Shown here one piece after another: positions 20,996 to 29,732 of a DNA stretch of 64,000 bases. The stretch is taken from assembly GCA_041744215.1 (NCBI GenBank), contig JBGTLG010000032.1, forward strand, positions 50,309 through 114,308. Direction: 5' to 3'. Position numbers and translations under genes: made by a program. This DNA comes from Fimbriimonadales bacterium (lineage in GTDB: Bacteria; Armatimonadota; Fimbriimonadia; Fimbriimonadales; ATM1). The notes below the pieces were generated by a model. It had not been told where the DNA came from. It searched no databases and saw only the letters and a list, made by a program, of their open reading frames with translations. Numbering within the stretch: position 1 is the first letter of the stretch; each line of letters opens with the position of its first letter.

Positions 20996-22003
20996 TTACC
21001 TTTTAAGAGCTTTCGATAGTGTCGGAAGCTCTTCGAGCGCTCGCCCTGTGCCCAGTGCGACACAGTGGATGGCGTTCTCTGCAACTCGCACCGGAACTTC
21101 GGTGACAGCTGAAAGTAGGTAGTCGATTCCGCGAAGCATTGCCCCGCCACCAGTTACGACGATCCCGCGCGAGATAATGTCGCTTCCCAATTCTGGTGGA
21201 GTGTGCTCTAAGACCGTACAAACTTTTTCGGTGATCTGCCGGAGTGGGTCGGTGAGCGCTTCGCGAATCTCTTCACTCGACACTTCGACTGTCCTCGGCA
21301 AGCCGGCCATAAGGTCGCGGCCACGCACCTCAAGCCGAAGTTCTTGTTCGAGAGGATAGGCGGACCCGATCTTCATCTTGATCTCTTCAGCAGTCCGTTC
21401 GCCGACCATCAGATTGTATGCGCCTCGCATATGCCGAATGATCGCTTCGTCGAGCTTGTTTCCGCCAACACGAAGGCTTTCCGAGATGACCAGCCCGCCG
21501 AGGGAGATCACAGCGATGTCGGTCGTCCCGCCGCCAATATCGATCACCATGTTGCCGCCGGGAGAGCTAATAGGCATGCCCGCTCCGATCGCGGCAGCCA
21601 TCGGTTCTTCGATCGGCACTACATCGCCCGCGCCCGCTTCTTGGGCTGCCTGCTTGACAGCGCGCCTCTCGACGTTCGTTGCGCTGCTCGGTACGCAGAT
21701 AACGAGCTTTGGGCGTACAAGGCGCCGCTTCCCTGCTACTCGCGCCAACAGAAACTCGAGCATCTTGAGAGTGTGAGTGTAGTCAGCAATAACCCCGTCT
21801 TTGAGAGGTCTGATAGCGATGATGTCGCCGGGCGTTCTGCCCAACATCTCTCTCGCCGCTTCGCCAACCGCTAGCACCTTCCGTGTGGAGACATTCAGCG
21901 CGACGACCGTCGGCTCTTCAAGGACAATGCCTTCTCCTCTCTTGTAAACGAGGATGTTGGAAGTTCCCAGGTCAATTCCAAGCTCGGTGCTTAACCGGAC
22001 CAT
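20996..22003 (-). CDS. mreB: Rod shape-determining actin-like protein MreB/Mbl
   Basis: IDLGTSN, IRPLKDGVIAD, EEPMAAAIGAG, DIGGGTTD, TGGGA. Confidence 0.92.
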   Translation of the reverse strand: MVRLSTELGIDLGTSNILVYKRGEGIVLEEPTVVALNVSTRKVLAVGEAAREMLGRTPGDIIAIRPLKDGVIADYTHTLKMLEFLLARVAGKRRLVRPKLVICVPSSATNVERRAVKQAAQEAGAGDVVPIEEPMAAAIGAGMPISSPGGNMVIDIGGGTTDIAVISLGGLVISESLRVGGNKLDEAIIRHMRGAYNLMVGERTAEEIKMKIGSAYPLEQELRLEVRGRDLMAGLPRTVEVSSEEIREALTDPLRQITEKVCTVLEHTPPELGSDIISRGIVVTGGGAMLRGIDYLLSAVTEVPVRVAENAIHCVALGTGRALEELPTLSKALKR

Positions 22004-23283
22004 CGACCGGCCTTCTCCCATTCATTGACCGGAATCCGCTCAATCCGTGCGCCGAGCGAACGCAACGATTCTTCAAAACTTTCGTAACCGCGATCGATGT
22101 ACATGACATTTTTGACAACGGTTTCTCCAATCGCGCTGAGGCCGGCGACGACAAGCGCCGCGCCCGCCCGAAGGTCTGTTGCCTCGACGACTGCGCCTTG
22201 AAGGTGATCGACTCCTGTGATCACGCTCGTCCTACCTTCTTGCCGAATCTTCGCGCCCATCCTATTGAGTTCGTCGATGTGGCCGATTCGGCTCTCGTAT
22301 ATCGTTTCTTCGAGCGTGCTCACCCCGTGAGCGATTGAGAGCAGAGACGCCATCGGCTGTTGGATGTCTGTCGGGAATCCAGGGTACGGCATCGTTTTCA
22401 CGCTGATCGATTGCATGTATCGATTGCCGATTACCCGAATCCAATCCGGGCCCTCATGGACAGTTACGCCCATCTCCTTCAGTTTGCTCATGACCGGGGC
22501 TTGGAATTCGGGGAGTACGCCTTCCACGGTCACATCACCGAACGTCGCGGCTCCTGCGAGCAGGTAGGTTCCGGCTTGCAGTCTGTCTGCAGGGATGTTG
22601 TACTCTCCGCCACGAAGTCTGCTTACTCCGCCGATAGTGATGGTGCTGGTGCCCGCGCCTTCTACGCGCGCCCCCATGCGATTGAGGAAGTCGGCAAGCG
22701 CGGTTACTTCGGGCTCCATCGCCGCGTTCTTAATCACCGTTGGTCCGTCGGCAAGTGTCGCCGCGGCCATAAGGTGTTGACTCGCGCCCGCGCTTGGGAA
22801 ATCGAGATAGACCTCCGCGCCGGTCAGCTTGTCAGCAGTCGCTTCGTAGAACCCTCCGTTTAGCTGAATGTCCGCGCCGAACTGCGCCAAGCCCTTAAGG
22901 TGGAAATCGAGGGGTCGAGCACCGATCCTGCAACCCCCGGGCTGAGGGATCGTCGCTTTGCCGAGCCGAGCGAGCAGAGGACCGAGGACATAGAAAGAGG
23001 TCCGGATGTTGCGAACCATCTGGGGATCAGGTTCAGCGTATCGAAGGTTTGAACAGTCGATCGTGACCGCGGAGCCGTCCTCCCACCGATCAACTTTCGC
23101 GCCGAACTGCTCCAGGATCTTAAGCTTGACGTCGACGTCGCTGATGTTGGGAAGCCCACGGAGCGTGACCGGCTCGTCGCAAAGTAAGACGCCAGAAAGG
23201 ATCGCGAGAGACGCGTTCTTGCTTCCGTGAACGCGTATGCGTCCGTGCAGTTCTTGCCCGCCGTCGATCCGGTAGATACTCAC
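21991..23283 (-). CDS. murA: UDP-N-acetylglucosamine 1-carboxyvinyltransferase
   Basis: GSKNA, PGGCRIGARP (catalytic Cys), YPGFPTD.Q, DLRAGAAL, IDRGYE. Confidence 0.95.
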   Translation of the reverse strand: MSIYRIDGGQELHGRIRVHGSKNASLAILSGVLLCDEPVTLRGLPNISDVDVKLKILEQFGAKVDRWEDGSAVTIDCSNLRYAEPDPQMVRNIRTSFYVLGPLLARLGKATIPQPGGCRIGARPLDFHLKGLAQFGADIQLNGGFYEATADKLTGAEVYLDFPSAGASQHLMAAATLADGPTVIKNAAMEPEVTALADFLNRMGARVEGAGTSTITIGGVSRLRGGEYNIPADRLQAGTYLLAGAATFGDVTVEGVLPEFQAPVMSKLKEMGVTVHEGPDWIRVIGNRYMQSISVKTMPYPGFPTDIQQPMASLLSIAHGVSTLEETIYESRIGHIDELNRMGAKIRQEGRTSVITGVDHLQGAVVEATDLRAGAALVVAGLSAIGETVVKNVMYIDRGYESFEESLRSLGARIERIPVNEWEKAGRWSG

Positions 23284-23424
23284 TTAGTCCACTGCGGCGC
23301 TGGGCTGCCTTTAGAGATCAGTCGCCCGCATACTCCTCCGAGGAGGGTCAGTTTACCTCCCCCAACATCGCCTTACCCATTCGCGGCCGCAGGCTATAGC
23401 AATTGGCGACCATAATCTTTGGCC

Positions 23425-23640
23425 ATGCGCCGGTTCAATAGCGAGGCTGTGGACAGGAAAGACCTCGTTCACGCCTTTTTTGCGGGCGGGCCGGTTCGGC
23501 TGTCAAAGGCCAGCGGGCTCTGCATGCTCTGCCGTACAGGCCCTGTGAACGACGCAGGGCTCTGTGAAGGCTGTTTTGCGAACCTGACTGACGAGGAGTG
23601 GGCGGCAGCTCGACCGTGGATCGAGGGGCGGCAAACTTGA
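23425..23640 (+). CDS. Small CxxC-CxxC (zinc-ribbon-like) protein
   Basis: CMLC...CEGC in 71 aa; precedes and overlaps the next gene. Confidence 0.55.
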   Translation: MRRFNSEAVDRKDLVHAFFAGGPVRLSKASGLCMLCRTGPVNDAGLCEGCFANLTDEEWAAARPWIEGRQT

Positions 23641-24485
23641 ACGTAGTCCTGGTGGTCGTGATCGTCGCCGCTGCCATCGCCCTTGGATTCTGGGTTTCCT
23701 CGCGCAGGAGGTTAGGTCCAAAGCTACCTAAAGTCAAAATCGAATTCTGGATCTACTCACCCGTCGCCGATAGACCAAGTGACTCGGCAATACTCAAAAG
23801 GGTCCTCGGTGAGAATCCGCACCGGGCGGGTTTGGGCAAGAAAGAGGGACTGGTACTCAGTGACATTCGCTTCCACATCGGGGTAGCGAAGTCAGACGCC
23901 AATCCGTTCCTCTTCCACCCCGAAGTTCTCGCGGAGCCTGATGCCGATGTGCCCGGTGCAATCGCGCGCTTGATGGAAGGATGCGAAACGATGTTTCGAG
24001 TCACCTACATTTCAGAAGCGGAAGTCGACGCGCGCTCACCGTTGCAGTTCTGCTGGCACGCGACAGATGCGATTACGGAGATCTGTGGATCGAGGCTCGT
24101 GTTCGATACTATTGCGCAGCGATTTTGGCCAGAGCGCACCCTCTACGAAGCGCTCGCTGACAACCCAGACGCGGCAAGGTTCGACACGAATGTCTCAATC
24201 AGGTGGGCGGAGTCTCCAGACGACGCGACTGCGTTCAGCCGAGGAATGACGAAGTTGGGGCTGCCTGACATCGAGATGCGCGGTGTCCCAATTGACCACA
24301 AAACCGTCGCGCTCTTCCTCGTAGAGGCGGTCGCGCGCCGCCTCTGGGATGAAGGCTGGACAAACGACATTGAGATTGACGGATTCGGGGAAACGTTCAT
24401 CGTAAGGCTCAGCGAGCCCAAGCCGGATGCATCCGGGCGGCGGCTTGTGACGGACGCGCAGGCGGTCCGCAGACTGAGGGGATAG
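23598..24485 (+). CDS. Hypothetical membrane-anchored protein
   Basis: N-terminal TM; SRGM.K.GLPDIE motif (suppressor-of-fused/DUF4026-like, uncertain). Confidence 0.7.
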   Translation: MGGSSTVDRGAANLNVVLVVVIVAAAIALGFWVSSRRRLGPKLPKVKIEFWIYSPVADRPSDSAILKRVLGENPHRAGLGKKEGLVLSDIRFHIGVAKSDANPFLFHPEVLAEPDADVPGAIARLMEGCETMFRVTYISEAEVDARSPLQFCWHATDAITEICGSRLVFDTIAQRFWPERTLYEALADNPDAARFDTNVSIRWAESPDDATAFSRGMTKLGLPDIEMRGVPIDHKTVALFLVEAVARRLWDEGWTNDIEIDGFGETFIVRLSEPKPDASGRRLVTDAQAVRRLRG

Positions 24486-24513
24486 CCTGGTCTCGCGGTA
24501 TTCTTCGCCGCGC

Positions 24514-25740
24514 ATGACGATCGGCGAACAAGTGGAATTCCTCTCGCGAGGCTGTGCAGATTTGATCAGCCCGGAGGATCTTGCCGTGAAGCTTGAGAAA
24601 AGCGCAGCTTCCGGCAAGCCCCTGCGAGTCAAGCTTGGGGTCGATCCCACCGCTCCGCACGTTACGCTCGGCTGGGCAGTCGTACTAAGGAAGCTGCGGC
24701 ACTTTCAAGAGCTTGGGCACACTGCGGTGCTGATCGTGGGCGACTTCACGGCGATGATCGGCGATCCCAGTGGTAAATCGAAGACGCGCCCGCAACTCAC
24801 TCGCGAGGAGATACAAAAACACGTTTCCGCTGTCGAGAAACAGTTCCACAAGGTGCTGATCAAGGAGCGGACGGAGATTCGCTACAACGCCGATTGGCTC
24901 GGAGGGATGAGTTTTGCCGATGTCATCCGACTGACGTCTCGAGTAACTGTTGCCAGGATTTTGGAGCGAGATGACTTTCAGAACAGGCTGGCGGAAGAGC
25001 GCCCGATCGGGATGCACGAAATCCTCTACCCTCTGTGTCAAGCCTACGATTCCGTGGCGGTCGACTCTGACATCGAGCTGGGTGGCACTGACCAAAGGTT
25101 CAACAACCTGATGGGGCGCAACCTGCAGGCCCAGTTCGGCCAGGAACCGCAGGTCGTGATGCTCATGCCGTTGCTCGTTGGCACGGACGGAAAGGAGAAG
25201 ATGTCCCAGTCTCTCGGCAATTACATCGGCGTCGATGACGAACCAAACGACATGTATGGCAAGACGATGTCGATCCCAGACCAACTGATAGAGAGTTGGT
25301 TTACTTTGTGCACGGATGTGCCGGTGAGCGAAATCCAAGAGATAGAATCTCAGATATCAGCCGGCGCGCTCAATCCCCGCGATGCGAAGCGCAGGTTGGC
25401 GAAGGAGATCGTGACTTTGTATCACTCGGCCGAAGCCGCAGCGGCCGCGGATGATTACTTCATCAACACTTTCAGCAAACGGAGCGAACCTGTGGACGCC
25501 CCGGAGGCAGTCATTCCTGCCGAGTTGGTCAAGGATGGGGCCCTCACGATCCCAGCGCTATTGACATCACTCGGGATCACGAAGAGCAACGGAGAGGCTC
25601 GGCGACTGATGGCGGGTGGCGGCGTGAGCCTCGATGGCCAGCGCATGACCGATCCGACTCAAGGCTTCAGTGTGGAGGCGCTTGCTGGGAAGGTTCTAAG
25701 GGCCGGAAAACACACCTTCCGCAAACTGATGTCCCCATGA
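24514..25740 (+). CDS. tyrS: Tyrosine--tRNA ligase
   Basis: KLGVDPTAP, GDFTAMIGDPSGKS, YPL.QAYDS, ELGGTDQ.FN, KMSQS, C-terminal S4 domain. Confidence 0.95.
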   Translation: MTIGEQVEFLSRGCADLISPEDLAVKLEKSAASGKPLRVKLGVDPTAPHVTLGWAVVLRKLRHFQELGHTAVLIVGDFTAMIGDPSGKSKTRPQLTREEIQKHVSAVEKQFHKVLIKERTEIRYNADWLGGMSFADVIRLTSRVTVARILERDDFQNRLAEERPIGMHEILYPLCQAYDSVAVDSDIELGGTDQRFNNLMGRNLQAQFGQEPQVVMLMPLLVGTDGKEKMSQSLGNYIGVDDEPNDMYGKTMSIPDQLIESWFTLCTDVPVSEIQEIESQISAGALNPRDAKRRLAKEIVTLYHSAEAAAAADDYFINTFSKRSEPVDAPEAVIPAELVKDGALTIPALLTSLGITKSNGEARRLMAGGGVSLDGQRMTDPTQGFSVEALAGKVLRAGKHTFRKLMSP

Positions 25741-26075
25741 CCAGGATCATCGCGTACTTCCGGCCTCACAAGCTCGAAGAGGTCAAGAACGCGCTGGGTG
25801 ACCGGGGCGTGACTGGAATCACGGTCGGGGATGCTCGCGGGTGTGGCAGCAGCGAAGAACCATCAGAGTGGATGCTGGGCAAGGAGTTCGTAGTCGCATT
25901 GCCCGCCCGCGTGCGCCTGGAGGCAGTGGTGCCATCAGAGCAGGTCGAGGAGGCAGTCCAGGCGATTCTAGCTGCTGCGCGGACAGGCAGACCGGGAGAC
26001 GGGAAGATCTTTCTGCAGCGGGTAGAGGAGGCAATCAGGGTCAGAACTGGGGAGAGAGGGCCTCCGGCGATCTAA
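25737..26075 (+). CDS. P-II family signalling protein (divergent T-loop)
   Basis: 112 aa, RP.KLEEVK.AL...GV.G.TV, ARTG.PGDGKIF, IRVRTGERG. Confidence 0.9.
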   Translation: MTRIIAYFRPHKLEEVKNALGDRGVTGITVGDARGCGSSEEPSEWMLGKEFVVALPARVRLEAVVPSEQVEEAVQAILAAARTGRPGDGKIFLQRVEEAIRVRTGERGPPAI

Positions 26076-26145
26076 CAGACCGAACCTGTCGACGCCTCCG
26101 CCGCGTCCAATTTCGGGTATCAACACCCCTACCGAGGGATCACCT

Positions 26146-27795
26146 ATGAAAAAAGTTCTCTTATGCCTCCCGATGCTGCTCTTGGCGGCAACGTTTGCCT
26201 TCGCCACTGACATCAAGATCAACGCTTCTTTGAAGGACGGCGACAAGATCGCCGGCAAGGTCCAGCTCAGAGTGACCGTTGAATCCGACGTCCCCGTCAA
26301 CCAAGTTGAGTTCTACCATGATGGTCGGCTGTTGCTCACGGATACCAGCACACCCTATGTCCTTGACATCAACACGATCATTGAGGATGAGGGCGCCTAC
26401 GAAGTAGAAGTTGCCGTTTATCTGACGAATGGAGAAAACAAGCGGCAAACGATTCGGCTCCTGGTCGACAACAACGTTGGCGCAGGTGCAGCTGTGCACA
26501 CAGAGAATGCGGTCCGTTTTCTTCAGGTTGGTAACTACGATGGAGCGATCCAGGCTGGACTAGTCGCTCTGAAAGCTGACGAAAACCACGCACCTGCGAA
26601 GATTGCAGTTGCCCGCGGATTCTACGGTAAGGAAGATTTTGCTGAGGCGCAGACTTTCGCAGAAAGCGCGTTGATTGACGGCGAGAATCGCGATGCCTAC
26701 GATATCCTCAGCGCCATTTTTGCGAAGCGATCGTTCCGACTCTTGGCAACAGGAACAGACAAGGCTAAAGCGATGCAGGAGATTACGCAATCGCTCAAGT
26801 CTGCGGTCCAGAATAGACGCAAGGCTATCCAGATGGACCTTCGGTCAGCGGGTACCCCCACCGACGAAAATGTGTTCCGCATCGCATCCCTCCACATTCA
26901 AAACAACGAGTTCGGCGCGGTATCAAGACTGATGCGAGCGCGATACAACGAGTTTGACCCAGACACGCGCGTTGCGAATATGCTGCTCTACAGTCTGCTT
27001 CGTCAAGGAAAGATCGCAGAGGCGTCAGCAGTCGTCGATCAAATGGGCAAGCACGGCGCGCCCGATGAGGCGACATTTGCGCTGATGGCAGCCGCGTACG
27101 CGTACTACCGAAACTATTCAAAGGCAGACGAAGCCTTGCGAAACGCAACCTTGGCGGGTGCTGACGACAATCCGCTTGTCATGACATCCGCCGCGTTTGT
27201 CGCGATCAAAAAGAACGATCGCCGCGCTGTGCAGAGCCAAGTCCAGGCCATGGTCCAGAAAAGCGTCGCGCGAGCCGAGGTGTACTTCTACCTTTCGGTA
27301 CTGCAACTCTATCTCAACGATGTGATGGCTGCACGTGACAACTTTGAACGCACCTTGGTGTCGGATCCGCTGCTATACGACGCCTACATTCATGAGGGGT
27401 TTGTCTCGCTCGGCAAGGCCAGAGTAAGCGATGATAAGGAACTTTTGAATGCGCAGGCTGCAGGATACATGGAAGTCGCTCTCGAAGCCGCTCCAGACTC
27501 ACCTGAAGCTCTCAACGGGCTTGCCATCGTATACTTGATGCAAAACAAAAATGCTGAAGCCCTGCGCATGGCAGAGGCGGCAGTTCGAGCGGGCCCAGAA
27601 CATGCATTCACCTGGTACACGTATTCCTGCGCCCTTGACCGCGCTAGACAAACCGTCGAAGCAAAAAACGCAATCAGCCGAGCCGGCGAAATCGACACCG
27701 ACAATCTCAAGGGTCGAGCAATCGCGACAGTCGAAGAAGCGTGGAACTACACGGTGACTCACGGTCGCATTGCAACACTCGTCCCTCCGCAGTAA
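26146..27795 (+). CDS. Secreted Ig-like + TPR repeat protein
   Basis: Signal peptide, V.QVEFY.DG...TD.S.PY Ig-like motif, TPR-like helices. Confidence 0.75.
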   Translation: MKKVLLCLPMLLLAATFAFATDIKINASLKDGDKIAGKVQLRVTVESDVPVNQVEFYHDGRLLLTDTSTPYVLDINTIIEDEGAYEVEVAVYLTNGENKRQTIRLLVDNNVGAGAAVHTENAVRFLQVGNYDGAIQAGLVALKADENHAPAKIAVARGFYGKEDFAEAQTFAESALIDGENRDAYDILSAIFAKRSFRLLATGTDKAKAMQEITQSLKSAVQNRRKAIQMDLRSAGTPTDENVFRIASLHIQNNEFGAVSRLMRARYNEFDPDTRVANMLLYSLLRQGKIAEASAVVDQMGKHGAPDEATFALMAAAYAYYRNYSKADEALRNATLAGADDNPLVMTSAAFVAIKKNDRRAVQSQVQAMVQKSVARAEVYFYLSVLQLYLNDVMAARDNFERTLVSDPLLYDAYIHEGFVSLGKARVSDDKELLNAQAAGYMEVALEAAPDSPEALNGLAIVYLMQNKNAEALRMAEAAVRAGPEHAFTWYTYSCALDRARQTVEAKNAISRAGEIDTDNLKGRAIATVEEAWNYTVTHGRIATLVPPQ

Positions 27796-27812
27796 TCGTG
27801 AGCTGATGCAAA

Positions 27813-27850
27813 AAGGCGGCGTGCAGAAACGATGTTTCTGCACGCCGCTT
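27813..27850. terminator. Probable bidirectional terminator
   Basis: GCGGCGTGCAGAAAC-gat-GTTTCTGCACGCCGC stem flanked by AAAAAG and TTCT, between convergent genes. Confidence 0.75.
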
Positions 27851-27869
27851 CTCTGTTGCTAGCCTCGGG

Positions 27870-29357
27870 TTATTGGAGTATTCGGTAATTCCGCATCATC
27901 ATGCGGTCTTCGTGTTCAAGATTGTGGCAATGATAGAGGAACAGCCCCGCGTAATGGTCCCAGCGAATAGCGAACTTTAGCGTCTCCCCTGGCATGAGCA
28001 GGAATGTATCAATCAGTCCTTCGTCGACATAACCCTCTCTCACCGTATCGTAACCGCTTTGATACGCAGGATCTATCGTGCGTTCGATCACTTGAAAACT
28101 CGGCCCGTGAAGGTGAATCGGATGCGCCATTTTGAGACCGGCCCAAGTGTTCTTGAACTCCCAGATTTCCAGATCCCCCCGCCTAACAATCTCATTCGGA
28201 CTGACATTCTCCATTTCAAATGGCAAGTTGTTGAACAGCCACATTCCAGCATTCGGAACGATATCGAACGTGCGGGGATTCTTGTAGTTCACTGCTTTCT
28301 GCGGATTGAATCGCTCGAAAGGAGCCAGCTTTTTCGGAAGGTAAAGATTTTCTGGCTCTAGTCTCGTGACCGTAAAGGTTGTCAAGTCAAACGGGTGACC
28401 CTGTGGAAGCGCACCGCCGAACAACCCAGCACCTGAAAACTCCAAACTCTTGAGGACAACTTGCTGACCGACTTTCATGCCTCGGAAGTCCGCCCAAACT
28501 TCGATGCGCTGGCCGGGCGCGAGCATAACGTAAGGTTTGATCACCGGAGCTTCCAACAGCCCGCCATCGGTCGCGATCACCGCCATCGGCGATCCGTCAG
28601 ACCAAGCCAACTTGTAGATCCTTGAATTGCTCCCATTCAAGAATCTGAGCCGATAACAGCGGGTGCCGACAGCATGATTCGGAAAGGGCTTTCCATTCAC
28701 CAAGACCGTGTCACCTAAGAAGCCCTCGCGACCTCCCGTCTCGTAGATCAGTCCGTTGGATCCGCCAAATAGTCGATCCTGAACAACGAGCGACAGATCA
28801 TTCCGTCCGCGCGGCAGAGGCAGCGCAGACTCCTCGTCATCGCTCACAACGATGAGGCCGGCCAAGCCGCTATAAACCTGGGGTCCCGTCTGCAGATCAG
28901 GATGCGGGTGATACCAATACGTTCCCGCCCGATTGATGACCGTGAAATCGTATAGGAACGACTCGCTTGGGCCAATTGCAAATCGAGGATGCCCGTCAGA
29001 TGCCTCAGGGATATCGAGCCCGTGCCAGTGGACAATCGAGGGCTGATTGAGTTCGTTGACGAACATTGCTCGGAGGCGCTGACCCTTGCGCACTCGGAGG
29101 GTAGGCCCGAGATAGGAGTCCATCTGTCGACCGACGATGCCTCGAGCAGGGGTCGTCTCCTTTGCGAAAAAGCGGTTGACCGGAGTTACCTCCCCAGGAA
29201 GAATCTGAGCGGCGCCAGGAGTTGCAGTCAGGAGTATCTCCGCTGGCGGCTGGCGGAAGGCCTGAGAAGAGGCGAGCCGCGGCAACGCGACGAGCCCAGC
29301 CGCGGATGCGCCAGCGGCTTGAACGAAAGCGCGGCGCGATAAGTTTTTGTTGGTCAT
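27870..29357 (-). CDS. Tat-exported multicopper oxidase (CueO/CotA-like)
   Basis: SRRAFV Tat motif; HWHG, WYHPH, HPIHLHG, HCHNLEHED.MM copper ligands. Confidence 0.93.
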   Translation of the reverse strand: MTNKNLSRRAFVQAAGASAAGLVALPRLASSQAFRQPPAEILLTATPGAAQILPGEVTPVNRFFAKETTPARGIVGRQMDSYLGPTLRVRKGQRLRAMFVNELNQPSIVHWHGLDIPEASDGHPRFAIGPSESFLYDFTVINRAGTYWYHPHPDLQTGPQVYSGLAGLIVVSDDEESALPLPRGRNDLSLVVQDRLFGGSNGLIYETGGREGFLGDTVLVNGKPFPNHAVGTRCYRLRFLNGSNSRIYKLAWSDGSPMAVIATDGGLLEAPVIKPYVMLAPGQRIEVWADFRGMKVGQQVVLKSLEFSGAGLFGGALPQGHPFDLTTFTVTRLEPENLYLPKKLAPFERFNPQKAVNYKNPRTFDIVPNAGMWLFNNLPFEMENVSPNEIVRRGDLEIWEFKNTWAGLKMAHPIHLHGPSFQVIERTIDPAYQSGYDTVREGYVDEGLIDTFLLMPGETLKFAIRWDHYAGLFLYHCHNLEHEDRMMMRNYRILQ

Positions 29358-29542
29358 GGGATTTTTCGGCAGCCGATGCGGTCGCGCACTGGGCCACAAC
29401 GCGTAACGCCTCTCTATAGATAGCCCCTAGCGGCCAGAAGGTTCACGCTCCTAACGAAATGCCTGCTTGCAGGAATGCGAGCTTTCACGTAGAAAATAAG
29501 CAGTGATCACCCGGATATCACGGGAACTCAGGAGGTAATCGA

Positions 29543-29668
29543 ATGAAAAAACTCGCTTGGCTGTTGATAGCCGTTTTCGCGATCGCAGTACTGGGCTGTA
29601 CTCAGGGCGATGACGCCGCAGGCGGCAGAAAAGACCCTGCTAACGACCCGCTCACAAAGGACGAGTAG
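29543..29668 (+). CDS. Small lipoprotein, 41 aa (absent from ORF track)
   Basis: AGGAGG RBS, then MKKLAWLLIAVFAIAVLGCTQGDDAAGGRKDPANDPLTKDE*; lipobox VLGC; hairpin downstream. Confidence 0.8.
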   Translation: MKKLAWLLIAVFAIAVLGCTQGDDAAGGRKDPANDPLTKDE

Positions 29669-29690
29669 TCTCGACCTGCAGCCGAAAAGC

Positions 29691-29724
29691 GTAGGGCGGT
29701 CGGCGGATTCGCCGACCGCCCTAC
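29691..29724. terminator. Terminator hairpin between convergent genes
   Basis: GTAGGGCGGTCGGCG-gatt-CGCCGACCGCCCTAC perfect 15-bp stem; preceding AAAAGC gives a U-tract on the minus strand. Confidence 0.75.
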
Positions 29725-29732
29725 ATCTTGGA

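Noticed and set aside
29691-29724. GTAG...CTAC palindrome as a REP element
   Set aside because: Single copy in the window, lies between convergent genes with a U-tract on the minus strand, and does not match the hairpins next to the RAYT-like gene; a terminator is the simpler explanation.
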